From Tubiluchus corallicola (Eukaryota > Animalia > Priapulida), in assembly GCA_030141605.1 (NCBI GenBank), contig JAQGDQ010000913.1, positions 16,966 through 80,965 on the forward strand: a stretch of 64,000 bases of DNA, given 5' to 3'. Under the pieces are notes generated by a model, which worked only from the letters and a program-made list of their open reading frames with translations, searched no databases and had not been told where the DNA came from. Of this stretch, positions 1 through 11,972 are shown piece after piece. Both the position numbers and the translations under genes were made by a program. Every line of letters starts with the position of its first letter. Position 1 is the first letter of the stretch.

Positions 1-3000
1 GTTGTTATCTAGGTCCTGCTACATTTTAGAAAAACATGGTCTGCCCCAACTATTGATGTTATGTATTTTTGTCTACCGCCACTGCTCACGATGCCTCGTC
101 ACTCATCTTTTTGCCGCATATACGTCAGTAGCTGACCTCCTCTAGGGTATTTTGTCGTTTCAAAAGTTTTTCTTAGTGCTCTAGGAAGGAGAGATTATTC
201 ACTATTCTCGTAACGTCTTGGCAACATTTGTAACTTTGTTAGAAACTTTATAGAACATTTAACATAAATCTTTCTTGCTTATTAATCTGTTTATTCACAA
301 AGACTGCTGCCATGATAAGTCTAGAGAATGTAACGCCTCGTGGCTTGCCCGCTAAAAACAGTGAGGGGAAACCTTAGTGAGCACAAACAATAAAATATAA
401 ACCATAGATAAGAACACGTCACAATTTTTATGTATTCTTTATGTATGTCCGATCTAACGAACAAAATCTTCTTACTTGTATTTGTTTACTGCAAGGATTC
501 TTCTTCACCACATCATAACGATCATCAATGGATATTCTCCTACTTGTGTCATGGCGACGGTTACCATAGTACTATTACAAACGTGTTGCTATGTTTTACT
601 TTAGTGTTATTTACTTCTATGAGTAGTCTTGGCGGAACAGGTGAAGATGGTTGAATATTTTACTTGCCAATTTATATTGTGGGCCACTTATTTGGAAGCT
701 GTTGGGCAGAAGTGAAAATAGTTAGCTGTTCTAACCGCCACTTTATTGAGTACAGAACTGCCATTAGTGGCGCCTACAAGGTAACTGGTAATCAATCTTA
801 AGAATTTTGATGTTGTTTAACTGTGGAACGGACCAGCTTGAGCATCACACTTTGTTTGTTCTATATTTTCTCGCCCTAACAGACTTTTAGTTTTGAATAT
901 GTTGTCACTAGAGGGGAGAAACATTCATTGTGACTTAAAAATGGGCTATAAAATTAATCATCCAGAAAACGACTTTTTATTGTTATTATTATTTAGGCAA
1001 AAATGAATTTTTGGAAGGAGTTTACAATTCCCCGTGCAATTTAAACACACTAACCGTAATCCTAATCCGCTTCACTTACTAACTTCTTGTGTGTGAGGAA
1101 TTGTAAACTTTAGGTGAAGTTTCACATGTGCTCCCAGAATTGCCAGGGGTTGTTGTCACAATGTTCTTGTAGATCTAAATTGTTGGTTGCTCAACATTCG
1201 TTTGCCAGTAGAGTAGGTTACAGGTTACAGCGAGGCGTTCCTTCGGGCAACGGCTTAACAACGATCACTAGAAACTTTTGATTTCAAGTCGCAGGCGTCT
1301 CTCTCATGGTCGGTATCGGGGTGGGGAGTAGAGTTTGTCTACTACCATCATTGAGCTGCAAGCAAACTAAGAGATGGGGTGGGTTAACCCAAAGCTTCGC
1401 ACTCTCGACTAGTTATATGATTCATTTTTTTCAGAAATGTTTTTTCTAGCAAGAACCCGACAGCGTTTACTCTCTACCTCCTTGTTGGGGATGATTCTTT
1501 CACGTAAGTCATTCTTAAAATATATCACGTTTCCTTTCAACATTTTAAAGAGTAGGTTGTTTTGTCCTACAGTTTAAGCTTGGCTCCGGGTCTTCCGTTA
1601 AAATTATTGCTGAATGTCAGTATGTTTTTTTTTGCAAAATAAGGTAAGATGATCATGGAATAGCGTCTGATCTAGTCAAGTTGTTACTGCAAGAACTGTT
1701 GACTTCTTTGAAATAAATGAGGTATTACTGCTTAGAAGAAGATGTTCTTGGCTCACAAGTCCAGAAAAGCTGTACATAATCAAGCCAGTCACTGTGTTTA
1801 CAGATCCGTTCTATGACAATGGTGTCTATAGTAAATAAAGTTCTGATTTTTACCAATTGAAGCTTATGATACATCAGAGTGTCCAGCATCACGAAGCGAG
1901 AAAGTAATGCAAGTATTTTCAACGGGTGATGAAACCAAAGATTTTTGCTGCGGACATTGGAAACCTTTCCTATTTTTTAGTGTCTGACACCCATCGTCAA
2001 CCAGCCAATGATGACTAGGCTTGCAAATTACTATACGAATAAATAATGCTAAAAAGAAAGCATTGCGTTTAATACCATCCATTTTGTTTTTCTGTGGAGA
2101 ACATAGAATTTGGACGCCAGGCGCTTTGTTTAATTATTACCAAAGTCAATGTCACGTGCTGGACACTGGAAGCAAGCAGCCATATATTGAACGATTTGTG
2201 AACCAGCTTTAGGTAGTAAAAATCTGAATTTTTCTAATAATAAATGCAATTTACTTAAATGGGATTGTAGCAATGGAATAAGTGACCCACTCATTGTGAA
2301 CTAAAAAACTTGTTTCGTATCATCAATCTAAATCGACGCAAACAAATAAAATAAGTAAATAAAGTAAATAAACAAAGTAAACAACATAACTTGTTTCAGT
2401 TGAACTTGCCGCAGCAAAACTCAGTGGAGGGGAGGATGCATGGATGTCGGAATTGATTGGTGGAAGGGATTTTCCATTTATGGTGCGTGTCTTGACTTTA
2501 TTAAAAGCAACATTAAGAGCTTTTTTCAATTTTCTTCTGTATTTTTTCGCTCTTTCACCAATAGCATTCATTTATTTTTGTTTATTATTTTTCACAAACT
2601 TCAAAGTGCAAAACACGAGTGACAAGACAGTTTAAAAAGTGAAATAAAATATTAAATGACTACCACAAAACAGTGCAAATTAAAACAAAGTGATAATAAT
2701 AATATATGTAGAAGATTACTGTAAAAACGCAAAGAACTGAAATAGCTGCTTGCAAGTGTCTGTTAAAAAATAAAAATTTGCTAAAATAAAAATGAATAGC
2801 TATTTTTTAAATAATTTTTAGTTGACAGCATTTACAGTTGGAGCATCATTCACACATGGCTGTAGTTTATTCCGTAACTGAAGAAATGTTTAAGGCAATT
2901 AAGTTCACTTATGATTTCAAATGGTGGACTTTGTAATATTTGCAAGTGGTTCAAAGTTCAAAGTTCAAAAAAGTTCAAATTACATTAAATTAAATTAAAT

Positions 3001-3100
3001 CTCTCTTTCTGGATGCAATTGTTTGGATCACCGTAACCATGAAGGATGAGTCGTCATGTAAGCCCAGGCAGAGCCACCAGGGAGACACTATTAATTGAAC

Positions 3101-3262
3101 TCTAACCCTAACCTAAACCTAAACCTAATCCTAATCTTGATCCTAACCCTAACCTAAACCTAAACCTAATCCTAATCTTGATCCTAACCCTAACCTAAAC
3201 CTAAACCTAATCCTAATCTTGATCTTAACCTTAACCCTAACCTTAGAGTCCTAACCCTAATC
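3101..3262 (+). repeat. Interstitial telomere-like (CCTAAC variants) tract, 41-bp higher-order unit x3
   Basis: CCTAACCCTAACCTAAACCTAAACCTAATCCTAATCTTGAT repeated at ~3101, 3142 and 3183. Confidence 0.85.
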
Positions 3263-3334
3263 ACAATCTGTTTCACCAACTAATTTCTTGCGTGTGGAGA
3301 ATTGTAAACTTTAGCTCAGAAATAGTATACAAAA

Positions 3335-3975
3335 ATTCTACTGGTATATGTATATATATATATAAGATACGAGGCTACAGCTTATTTTTCGAATTAGGAA
3401 CGGTGGCCAAAAACCTCCAGAAAAGGCTTTTTTCGGCCGTTTTTTGCAAAACTCATGCGTCTGAGATCTGGAGAACGGGAACCGGAAATGGATGGCGCTG
3501 GCTATGGATAGACAGCCCATTCAGGGGTGAGTGTAGCAGGTATATTTAGAATTCGCGAGAGGGCCACGGCATCCCGTAACTGCCGTTTTCCCCGGACCCA
3601 AGCCGACCGGCTACAGCCTGCAGAAAAAACGTTCTAGCGGCGCCTGGTGGGACTCTCGAGAGGAGATATATGGATCTTTAGAAAGAGGAGGAACAGGGCT
3701 ACACGATGATGTGGGATATATTTTATGACACGTCCAACAAAAGGAGTGACGACGAGTTAATTAGATGTTCTATTTTTGGCAATTTTTGCTTAGAAAACAG
3801 CTGACGCAAAGCCATTGTTCTGACGTCATCCATTATACTCTGCCTACAACTTTAATTCAGTAAAACCTGCTGCTGCTGGCTTTGCGTTAGGTAAGTAAAC
3901 AAACACTGGGTAGGATGTTCGCGTATTTTTGATTATGAGTGTACTTATACGCAAATTTTTTTGCGGGCAATTGGT
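3335..3975 (+). mobile_element. Dispersed non-autonomous repeat family 1, copy 1
   Basis: Starts AATTCTACTGGTAT-(TA)n-TAAGAT.CGAGGCTACAGCT; homologous segments lie on the - strand at ~27460-28145 and ~51865-52098. Confidence 0.7.
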
Positions 3976-4026
3976 AGTTTTCTGTTAATGTTATTAACTA
4001 TTTCTGTTTCACTGTTTTTTCTTAAG

Positions 4027-7000
4027 GCTGGATATGTCATTCCCGGCAAAGGATTTTGTGGAGGTTTCCTAATTGATCACGTTCATATAGTAACAGCAGC
4101 TCATTGTCTTCATGAGTATGTAGTCAATTTTGATTATTTTGTGCGTGTGCGTGCGTTCATGCGTGTACATGTGTACACGTGTACACGTGCAGCTCATTGT
4201 CTTCATGAGTATGTAGTCAATTCTGATTATTTTGTGCGTGTGCGTGCGTTCATGCGTGTACATGTGTACACGTGTGCACGTGCAGCTCATTGTCTTCATG
4301 AGTATGTAGTTAATTCTGATTATTTTGTGCATGTGTGTGCGTTTATGCGTGTACATGTGTACACGTGCAGCTCATTGTCTTCATGAGTATGTAGTCAATT
4401 CTGATTATTTTGTGCATGTGTGTGCGTTTATGCGTGTACATGTGCGCGTGTAAGTGTGAGCGTGCATGTGCATGTATGCGTGAGAGAGTGAATGCGTGTT
4501 TGTGTATATTTTACTGCGCTGAAAAGACTTTTAAATCAAAACACGATATAATTGCCCTAAATGTCAAAAACTTAAGGTCTACAAGATACACTAACAATAA
4601 TTATATATCACTGTTTTGCAGGGCACCTGAAGCAGGACCACACATGAAAGTTTTTCTGGGAAGCAGCACATTGTACGAGTCGGATGTAGACCGCTGGGTA
4701 TGTGTTATTTCTTGTAAGCATTCATTGAATAATGCAAAGGGTCTTGAACATCGTTAATTTGTTTTTGTAACCTGAATTTTTGAAACCAGATGGCGGTAGA
4801 ATTGTTCATAATGAAACCGTGAGATTTGTTGTTCAAGAAAAATGCAATTAGGTATGATCTATAACAGTACTCTTGCAATTCTGAATTCCAAAAATGCAAT
4901 CTGACCTTAAAGTTGCAGTTGTGAGGAGTTATTTTAGATGTGATGAAAAAATATTCATTAAAATGAAGACCTTGACAAAGTCTCACTACACAATAGCGAC
5001 AGCAAATTCACAAATGTGAACAGTTGTACGAGTTACTGTCGGTAAGATTATTGCAAACAACATTTCCTGTGTGGTTAGGCTTACTGTCTAGTGTGACTGC
5101 CTTGGCGAGTTACTCTTCAATGCTTCTCGCAATGAATAATGAAATGAGTGTCAGCTCATACTTACACTCTAGTGTGACTGCCTTGGTGAGTTACTCTTCA
5201 ACATTTTTCGCAAAGAATAATGAAATGATCGTCAGCTCGTACTTACAGTCTAGTGTGACTGCCTTGGCGAGTTACTCTTCTACAATTCTCGCAATGAATA
5301 ATGAAATGAGTGTCAGCTCGTGCCTACTGTCTAGTGTGAACACCTCAGTGAGTTACTCTTCAACACTTCTCGCAATGAATAATGTAGTCAGGGTCAACTC
5401 GTGCGTACTGTCAAAAAGTAACTCGCAGCAAGTTTTGTTTCTAGTCTGAACAAGTTTGTGAATTACTAGACGTAAAAGACTCGCGCGAGTGAACGCCCCG
5501 TTAGTTTGCTTAAACTGTTTTTGTAAGTTTCTATTGCTATTTTTTAGATTTTCTGGTACGGCACACATCGCGATTTTAATTTCAAAGGTAATCCATGGGA
5601 ATACAACGATATTGCACTTTTGCGAATGAACGAACCTGTTGTATTCACTGATGATATTCAACGTGCAAAGTTACCTGTTTGTGTCAAGAATTACCTTAAT
5701 GAAGAAGTTACACTTGTTGGATGGGGAAACGATCTGTTTAGTGGTAGGCAAAATAACCCGTATGCATTTTATGAATTTTTTTCATAATTAAAAAGTACTT
5801 GAGTAGAAGCAGAAAGTAACGGGCAATACAAGGTTTTCTTCAGCACAAGAATGTATTAACTAGCAATAAATTAAATCTTAAAGTAAGACTTCGATTATTT
5901 AATGCTTACGTTAGCAGCATGTTTATGCAGAAAAGCAAAATTTTGTGTTTAATGATTACTCAAGGAAAGCAGATTGACAGGTTTTATAGAAGTCTCCTAA
6001 GGAAAGTTTTAAAGATAAGATGGCCATACGTAATCAAAAATGAAAATTTATACATCAGAACGAAAGAAATTTCTTGGAGTTCAAAAGTCAAGATCCGAAA
6101 ATTATGATGGCTAGGACATTTTCTAAGAAGTGAAGGACCAGTAAAAACACCTTTAAAGAAATCCTTAAAAACCTTGTAAAAAACACCTGGCAAACTTTGT
6201 TAAGATAAATAAATACGTTCAACAACATCAACCAAATCTATCACTAAGAACTTAAGCTATTAACTGCAGATAGAAGTGGGTGGAGTACTCTGATAAATGT
6301 TGATACCTGAATAGCTACAATAGATGAGATTTTGAAGAAAAAAAAGAACTTGAGCAAATTCATGAAGTTATATTCAGCGAATACAGTTTTCAGGACTTAG
6401 TAATGATTAGGATAATTTTTATGGGGGAAATGTGAAAGTTATTTGTGAAGTTGAAATGGAACACTTGTAGAAAACAACTAAACACTAGATTGCATGTTTG
6501 CACAAAAACTGAAACACTTTTATTGCACTAAAAACACAGTAAAATGCACAAGTAAAATGAAGATAATAAGTTGCACAGCACTGAGTGTGTGACAGAGAGA
6601 CAATGTGTCCCATGAGTTGTACGACTGCACTGCCTGAGACAGAGAGTGACTAGCAGTGAAATCTAGCCAGTTTATATAGATGGAGAACTATGCAAGTACT
6701 TGGCTTCACATATCCCATTACAGTAAAAATAGGGGAGATACAGTGAGTTTGAATATTCACTGGACCGTACAATTGTGATGAGGGGTGAATTGAACTAGTA
6801 AATGTTAAAGTAACTAATCAATAGATGGCAGCACCTAAATATACAGTTACAACTTTCACAGGAAATAATACAGCTTTCTTTCGCAGTTTTATGTGCCTAC
6901 CTCACGTTATGCGACATGCATTTGTCCTTCAGAACTGTAAACATTTGCTGCATTTTGCATGGGTCTTGGAAAACTGCTCTCACTAAGCAGTGATTACGTC

Positions 7001-9833
7001 AGATTTGATAATTTTTGTATGTTTCTACTCCTCACACGATGGATGTTCGTCCAAAATTATATGTGAAATGCACTTGATAACCTTAGACTAATTAATAATT
7101 GACTTTTGACGAAAAAAAAATAGATAACTTTTAGTAACTGAAGTGCTTCAGAAAATTTCAACCATCCAGACACAACACTCTGGCGCACTTTAGCTTCAAG
7201 TCTGCTCTATTTTTAATGAGAAATTCCTTCTAAAAGACAGAATGACCTTAATTTCTCATTGGATGATCGGTTGGTTATTCCTGGGGCTCTCTGTGTAAAG
7301 CAAAGTGTTCTCAATGACAGTAGCAAACAGGGAATCAATAAAATAGTGTGTTCGATCACGCATGTGTAAGCCAGACCAAGCTACTCAACACGCTAAGTTG
7401 TAGAGCCTGAAAAGCACGTGTTTTTTTACTTTTATCCAATTAAGTCGCATATAAATGTTTATAATTTTCAGATTGATGTTATTTTTGCGAATTTTAAAAC
7501 AAAAAGATCACAATTTCTCACGATTGCACATTTTGCTTGCAAAATTAGTTACAGTTTACCATGGTTTTACATTTTGCTTGTAAAATCAGATACTGATTAT
7601 CAAGATTGCACATTGTGCTTTTAAAATCAGTTGCAGTTGATCATGATGGCACATTTTGCTTGTAAAATCAACTACAGTTTATCATGATTGCAAATTTTGC
7701 TTGTAAAATCAGCTTCATTTTATCATGATTGCAAATTTTGCTTGTAAAACCAGCTACAGTTTATTGCGATTGCACATTGTGCTTGTAAAATCAGTTACAG
7801 TTTATTATGGTTGCACATTTTGCTTGTAAAATCAACTATAGTTTATCATGATTGCACATTTTGCTTGTAAAAACAGCTACAGCATATCATGATTTTATAT
7901 TTTTCTGACAGCTTTGACATTTCAGACAACCCAACACAACTACAACCGGAGTTGAAAAAGGCAACTTTTAGAGTTATTGATCAAGGTGATTGCCGGTTCT
8001 ACAACAAATCTCTCACAATCTGTCTACATAATTTTGGACGCTATGGTGGCTTAGTAAGTATAAGTCGCATGCACAATGTCCTTCCAACCTAATCTATATA
8101 ATCAAGATGGTTGGTGTATAGGCACTGTGGGACTGCAGCACCCCCTGTCTCTCCCATTTTTAATCGATATTATCGATACGTTCAATATAATGAGTCTTTT
8201 TTCTTAAATTCTTTCTTTGTACTTGTACATTATAAAATCCTTAAGCTTGATGTCCGTAGCCATTCCCTAGTTCATGAAATATTACAAAAGTCCTTTTATT
8301 GAAGTTTGCCTTGCAGTTCCGGGTATTAAAACAATGGTTAAAAACTTTCCAAAGCAGCAACCCACCAATTAAGCTACGAACCGCCACTGTAATCAAACGA
8401 TGAAGGCGAATAATTATCTGCGTGGCTGGATGTGATGCTTCGTAGAAACCAGTATGATTCCATTAAGGTTTCATTTTGATGCCATTTTGGTAAACCAAGA
8501 CAATATGGTATTCGGAATGGCATCTAAAATAGAAATAGTAATTTATGTAGAACAATTTCGTTCAAATTGTAGAAATCCAACATGTTTTCTTAAGGGTTTT
8601 CCAAGGTTCAGCGTACGAATATCAACAACAGCTTAGCTAGCTATTCCTATATAGCAGCTCACTATATATATCTAAAAAACATAAGTAAGAGATCTAGGTC
8701 ACTTTGTTATCTCATCGTTGGTATTATACAAAGATACCTGTTCTCCCACAAGCATGAGCATAATATATAGGTCAGCCATAGACAGCTGTTAGAGAACGGT
8801 ACTGTGAAAGAAGCATAAACTTTCAATCACTTATATGAAACTGGGTGTAATAATCACTCATAACAGCACATATTGGGGTGCGATTTAGCGTCAACCACAA
8901 AGATTTGAAATTTCGAAGAGCAAAATGAAGTAACGTCGACTGACAAACGAGATCTTCACTGAATACTCACCAAACAGAGCCTATCCGTTCGTTGTTTCTA
9001 TTCACAAGACCTAAACAAATCGTATCAACAACAACGACAACAAAAAAAAACAATAGCAGCAATAACAACAACAACAACAACCACAACAACAGCAACGAAA
9101 AAGCAGCAACCGTGACAGCAGCAACAATAACACCACCAGCAACAACAACAACAACAATGAAAAAACAGCAACAGCAGCAGCAGCAACAACAACAACAGCA
9201 ACAACAACAACAACGAAAAAACAGCAACCGTGACAGCAGCAACAACAACAGCAGCAGCAGCAACAACAACAACAACAACAACGAAAAAACAGCAACAGCA
9301 GCAACAACAACAACAATGAAAAAACAGCAACCGTGACAGCAGCAACAACAGCAGCAGCAGCAACAACAACAGCAACAGCGCCAACAGCAGCAGCAACAAC
9401 AATATCAATTACTAGTATGCAACATGTCTTGAGATATAAAATGTTTGAACATGAAATGCTTGAACATTTCAAACATTAGATGCCATAATTCATAAATACA
9501 TTAAGTGCTTAACGAAGCGTTTAAATTTGTTTTTAGGGTGATTCTGGCGGACCTATGATATTGGACAGAACAAATGAAGTGATTGGAATTTACTCAGCCA
9601 CAACTAAAGAGGCAAGATACGAATCTCCGTTTTGTGGTTATAATCAAAATTCAATAGTTGTGGCGGGGAGAGTCCTACATTACTTGAACTGGATTGAAAA
9701 CATGAAAGCTATTTCTCAGGCTGCATATGAAATTGAATATGATGCTGTCATTGCAGGCACAACCTCAATGCATGATTCTACAGGAATAATTTTAATTACT
9801 ACACTCCACATAGTGTCATTATCGAAATTATAA
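4027..9833 (+). CDS. S1 (trypsin/chymotrypsin-family) serine protease, multi-exon, 5' end not found; probable GPI-anchor/hydrophobic C-terminus
   Basis: Exons with AG/GT boundaries and continuous phase: 4027-4115 (AGYVIPGKGFCGGFLIDHVHIVTAAHCLHE, catalytic His); 4622-4697 (APEAGPHMKVFLGSSTLYESDVDRW); 5548-5743 (IFWYGTHRDFNFKGNPWEYNDIALLRMNEPVVFTDDIQRAKLPVC...VGWG, catalytic Asp); 7926-8053 (DNPTQLQPELKKATFRVIDQGDC...ICLHNFGRYGGL); 9537-9833 (GDSGGPM...LNWIENMK...GIILITTLHIVSLSKL*, catalytic Ser). Signal/activation exon(s) were not identified. Confidence 0.9.
4096..4445 (+). repeat. 93-bp tandem repeat (about 4 copies) made of the protease His-exon end plus donor
   Basis: GCAGCTCATTGTCTTCATGA|GTATGTAGTCAATT.TGATTATTTTGTGC... 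recurs with periods 93, 93 and 85. Confidence 0.92.
5080..5411 (+). repeat. 81-bp minisatellite x4 (intronic)
   Basis: CTAGTGTGACTGCCTTGG.GAGTTACTCTTC....TTCTCGCAATGAATAATGAAATGA..GTCAGCTC repeated. Confidence 0.9.
5950..6300 (+). mobile_element. Non-LTR retrotransposon (RTE/CR1-like LINE) ORF2 C-terminal remnant
   Basis: IDRFYRSLLRKVLKIRWPYVIKNENLY...KIRKL*WLGHFLR matches the LR..L.I.W...I.N..L...R.L.W.GH..R post-RT motif; contains a stop. Confidence 0.75.
6431..6860 (-). mobile_element. Solo LTR (430 bp)
   Basis: TGTGAAAGTT...AACTTTCACA 10-bp perfect inverted termini (TG..CA); 5-bp target duplication GGAAA at 6426-6430 and 6861-6865; TATA-like TATATAAA (~6671-6678) followed by AATAAA (~6518-6523) on the - strand. 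Confidence 0.85.
7522..7895 (+). repeat. 41-bp minisatellite x~9 (intronic)
   Basis: GATTGCACATTTTGCTTGTAAAATCAGTTACAGTTTATCAT repeated head to tail. Confidence 0.9.
9025..9402 (+). repeat. Compound (CAA/CAG)n low-complexity repeat
   Basis: CAA/CAG runs punctuated by recurring AAAA.CAGCAACCGTGACAGCAGCAACAA. Confidence 0.9.
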
Positions 9834-11074
9834 AAAAGTTTCTATATTACTACCTGTACTTAAAGTACTTTTAAGTAAATGTTTCACTCACTAAAATTTC
9901 TGCGACCTTCTTTTTGCTAAAGGTATTATAAAAACGAATTTTTAATAAAATTTTTTCAATGAGATTAATTTTAAAATGTTGTCGATTTATTTAACGAAAT
10001 TTTAGATAGAAAATGCTTGATTGTACAGTTGCAATTTCAATGTCACAGTTTGTAAAATGTGTTATTAAAGCAATAAAGGTATTTAATACGACCATGACCA
10101 GTTTACGAAGAAAAAAATGCGGACATTTTTGGACCCACGTGTACAATGTGACACCACTGCCAGATGGTAACAAATTATTTTAACTGTTATCCGATAGTGG
10201 ATAAAAATAGCCAAGAGTTTGAGCCAGGCTTTCATGGCGCTCGAGATTTCAATAGGCACAAAACAGTCGCGGTGCAGTCATTTTGATTTGATTTAATTTG
10301 TTTTAATTAAATTTTTATTTCAAAGATTCATAGCATAAAACATTTACATATATACAACAATTACACAGTAAATAGTAAATTCCACCAATGGCAATGGCGT
10401 CTGATGTTCAATGTAAATTTTGCATTACTATGAATTAAATTGCACTGTGTAGAGCTTCAGTAGGCATCAGTACAATGTGATACAGTGTAATCTCATGCAA
10501 ATGCATATGTAGACTAGAACAGTTTTTTAAATCATTTCTTCATACTGAATATAACTGCTTAAATTCTGGTAATTAAGCCAAGCACAGCGAAACAGGGACA
10601 AGGCAGAAACATGTGTCAATGTAATATAATGAAATGTAGTAGGTCATTTGCTTTCATAAAAAAGAAAAATAGACATTTGGCCAAATTCATGTTGCTTTCT
10701 ACTTTGAAGTATCGTAACGTAGTTTAACAATGCCGACTTTGGCTTGCAAGTCACAAATCTTATTTTAAATCCAATAATTATCATATATATACAGCAAATG
10801 GTGGAATGCAAATGTCAAACATTAAGTGGCGTGTTAGCCGAACTTTACTCTTATATAAAACTTTCTCTACTGCCTTTATTTACACAACCACGTAACTTCC
10901 CACTCAACTAGAGCAGACGGATACAACTCGTTGCATTTACGTCAATAACAACCTTTGATACTTAATGGTGGTGCAAAATGTTCTCTAACGTCGTCTAAAG
11001 TGGAATAAGCGTAAAATTTTCTGTTATAATATCAGGAAGAAATTTTGAACGAGTGCCAGGAAAACAACAAAAAT

Positions 11075-11854
11075 GTAAGTATTAAAATTGAAAGTTTGTT
11101 GTACAATTATTTCAGCTAATTATTAGTAGAGCCTCACACATGGAAGCAAGAACACAATTTTAGCCTTTATGTATCTTATGCAGTCCATACGCAAACTTGG
11201 AGTGAAATATTATTCAATGTTATTGGAAAAAACGTAAGCAGTTGATTCTAATAACGCTGACATTGCTTTACTTATTTAGCACATTTAATTCTGACATTAA
11301 GCATCGAATTAATATTTTTGGGCAATTTTGTTTTCATTGCTTTGTGTAATAAGTTAATTTAAAAGTCTAAAAGTATGTAAAGTAAATAGGAGGTATTTAG
11401 GCTACCGCTTAAGGTCTGTACATCTTTTTGAGAAACTTGATGTTTTTTCTCTGGCAGCAAATTTATTAATATGTTGTCTAATTTTCTAATCCAGTGGTAA
11501 AAGTTCCTGTGTTGCAGCTTCAGAGAATAAGTGGAGGGTGAGTTAATTCCAGTAACATGTGTATTTTGGCTTTAGTCTGAGAGTTATTGCTTTATCTATG
11601 TATTAAAAAGGCAATGCTAAACAGCTAAATGCAAAAGTGAAAGCAAAATAATCAGAAATTGACCACTGAGCATGAAAGGATTACATAAATAGTGTCTAGA
11701 ATGTGGCCTTCTAAAGAAAGTAGATCTTATAGACATTTTTAACTTGAATGTGAATGAAAGATTTTTTTTTGTTGTAAATAGAAATTTCCTTTCTACCTAA
11801 ACAATAGTAACATTTTCAGGTAACAATTTTATTTTTTCTGTTTGAATTTTGCAG
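11075..11854 (+). other. Probable 5'UTR intron of the ankyrin gene
   Basis: Consensus donor GTAAGT at 11075, and a pyrimidine tract plus TTTTGCAG acceptor ending at 11854, about 120 nt before the ATG at 11973. Confidence 0.45.
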
Positions 11855-11972
11855 AAAGTCGCTGCTGTGCCAAAACAAAAGATGCCACACGTACAAAATT
11901 AGACAGCAATCTAAAAAGGATTATGAAAATCTAGTATTTCATACAATAATTAGTTTTTGTTGAACCAAGAGA

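Noticed and set aside
430-790. Possible first protease exons (IINGYSP at 521; donor-like GTAACT at 781)
   Set aside because: No preceding Arg/Lys, no PW/PY motif and no consistent splice path to 4027.
1725-2635. Short ORFs on both strands, possibly a decayed transposase
   Set aside because: No recognisable motif in any frame; cannot be supported without a search.
3101-3262. True telomere
   Set aside because: Internal, short and degenerate, with a 41-bp higher-order period.
3961-4026. Signal-peptide-like N-terminus MRAIGSFLLMLLTISVSLFFLK of ORF 3961-4386
   Set aside because: It starts at TTG, overlaps a dispersed repeat and the polypyrimidine tract, and would leave no activation peptide or IxGG N-terminus. 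An acceptor sits at 4025-4026.
7522-7895. CRISPR-like array (also considered for 5080-5411 and 57454-58014)
   Set aside because: Units are head-to-tail with no unique spacers, the context is eukaryotic and no cas genes are present.
8967-9472. Poly-Q/N/L/C ORFs (likewise those at 24780-25055, 44898-45526, 48120-48392, 49619-49849, 57152-57655)
   Set aside because: Translations of trinucleotide microsatellites in introns or intergenic DNA.
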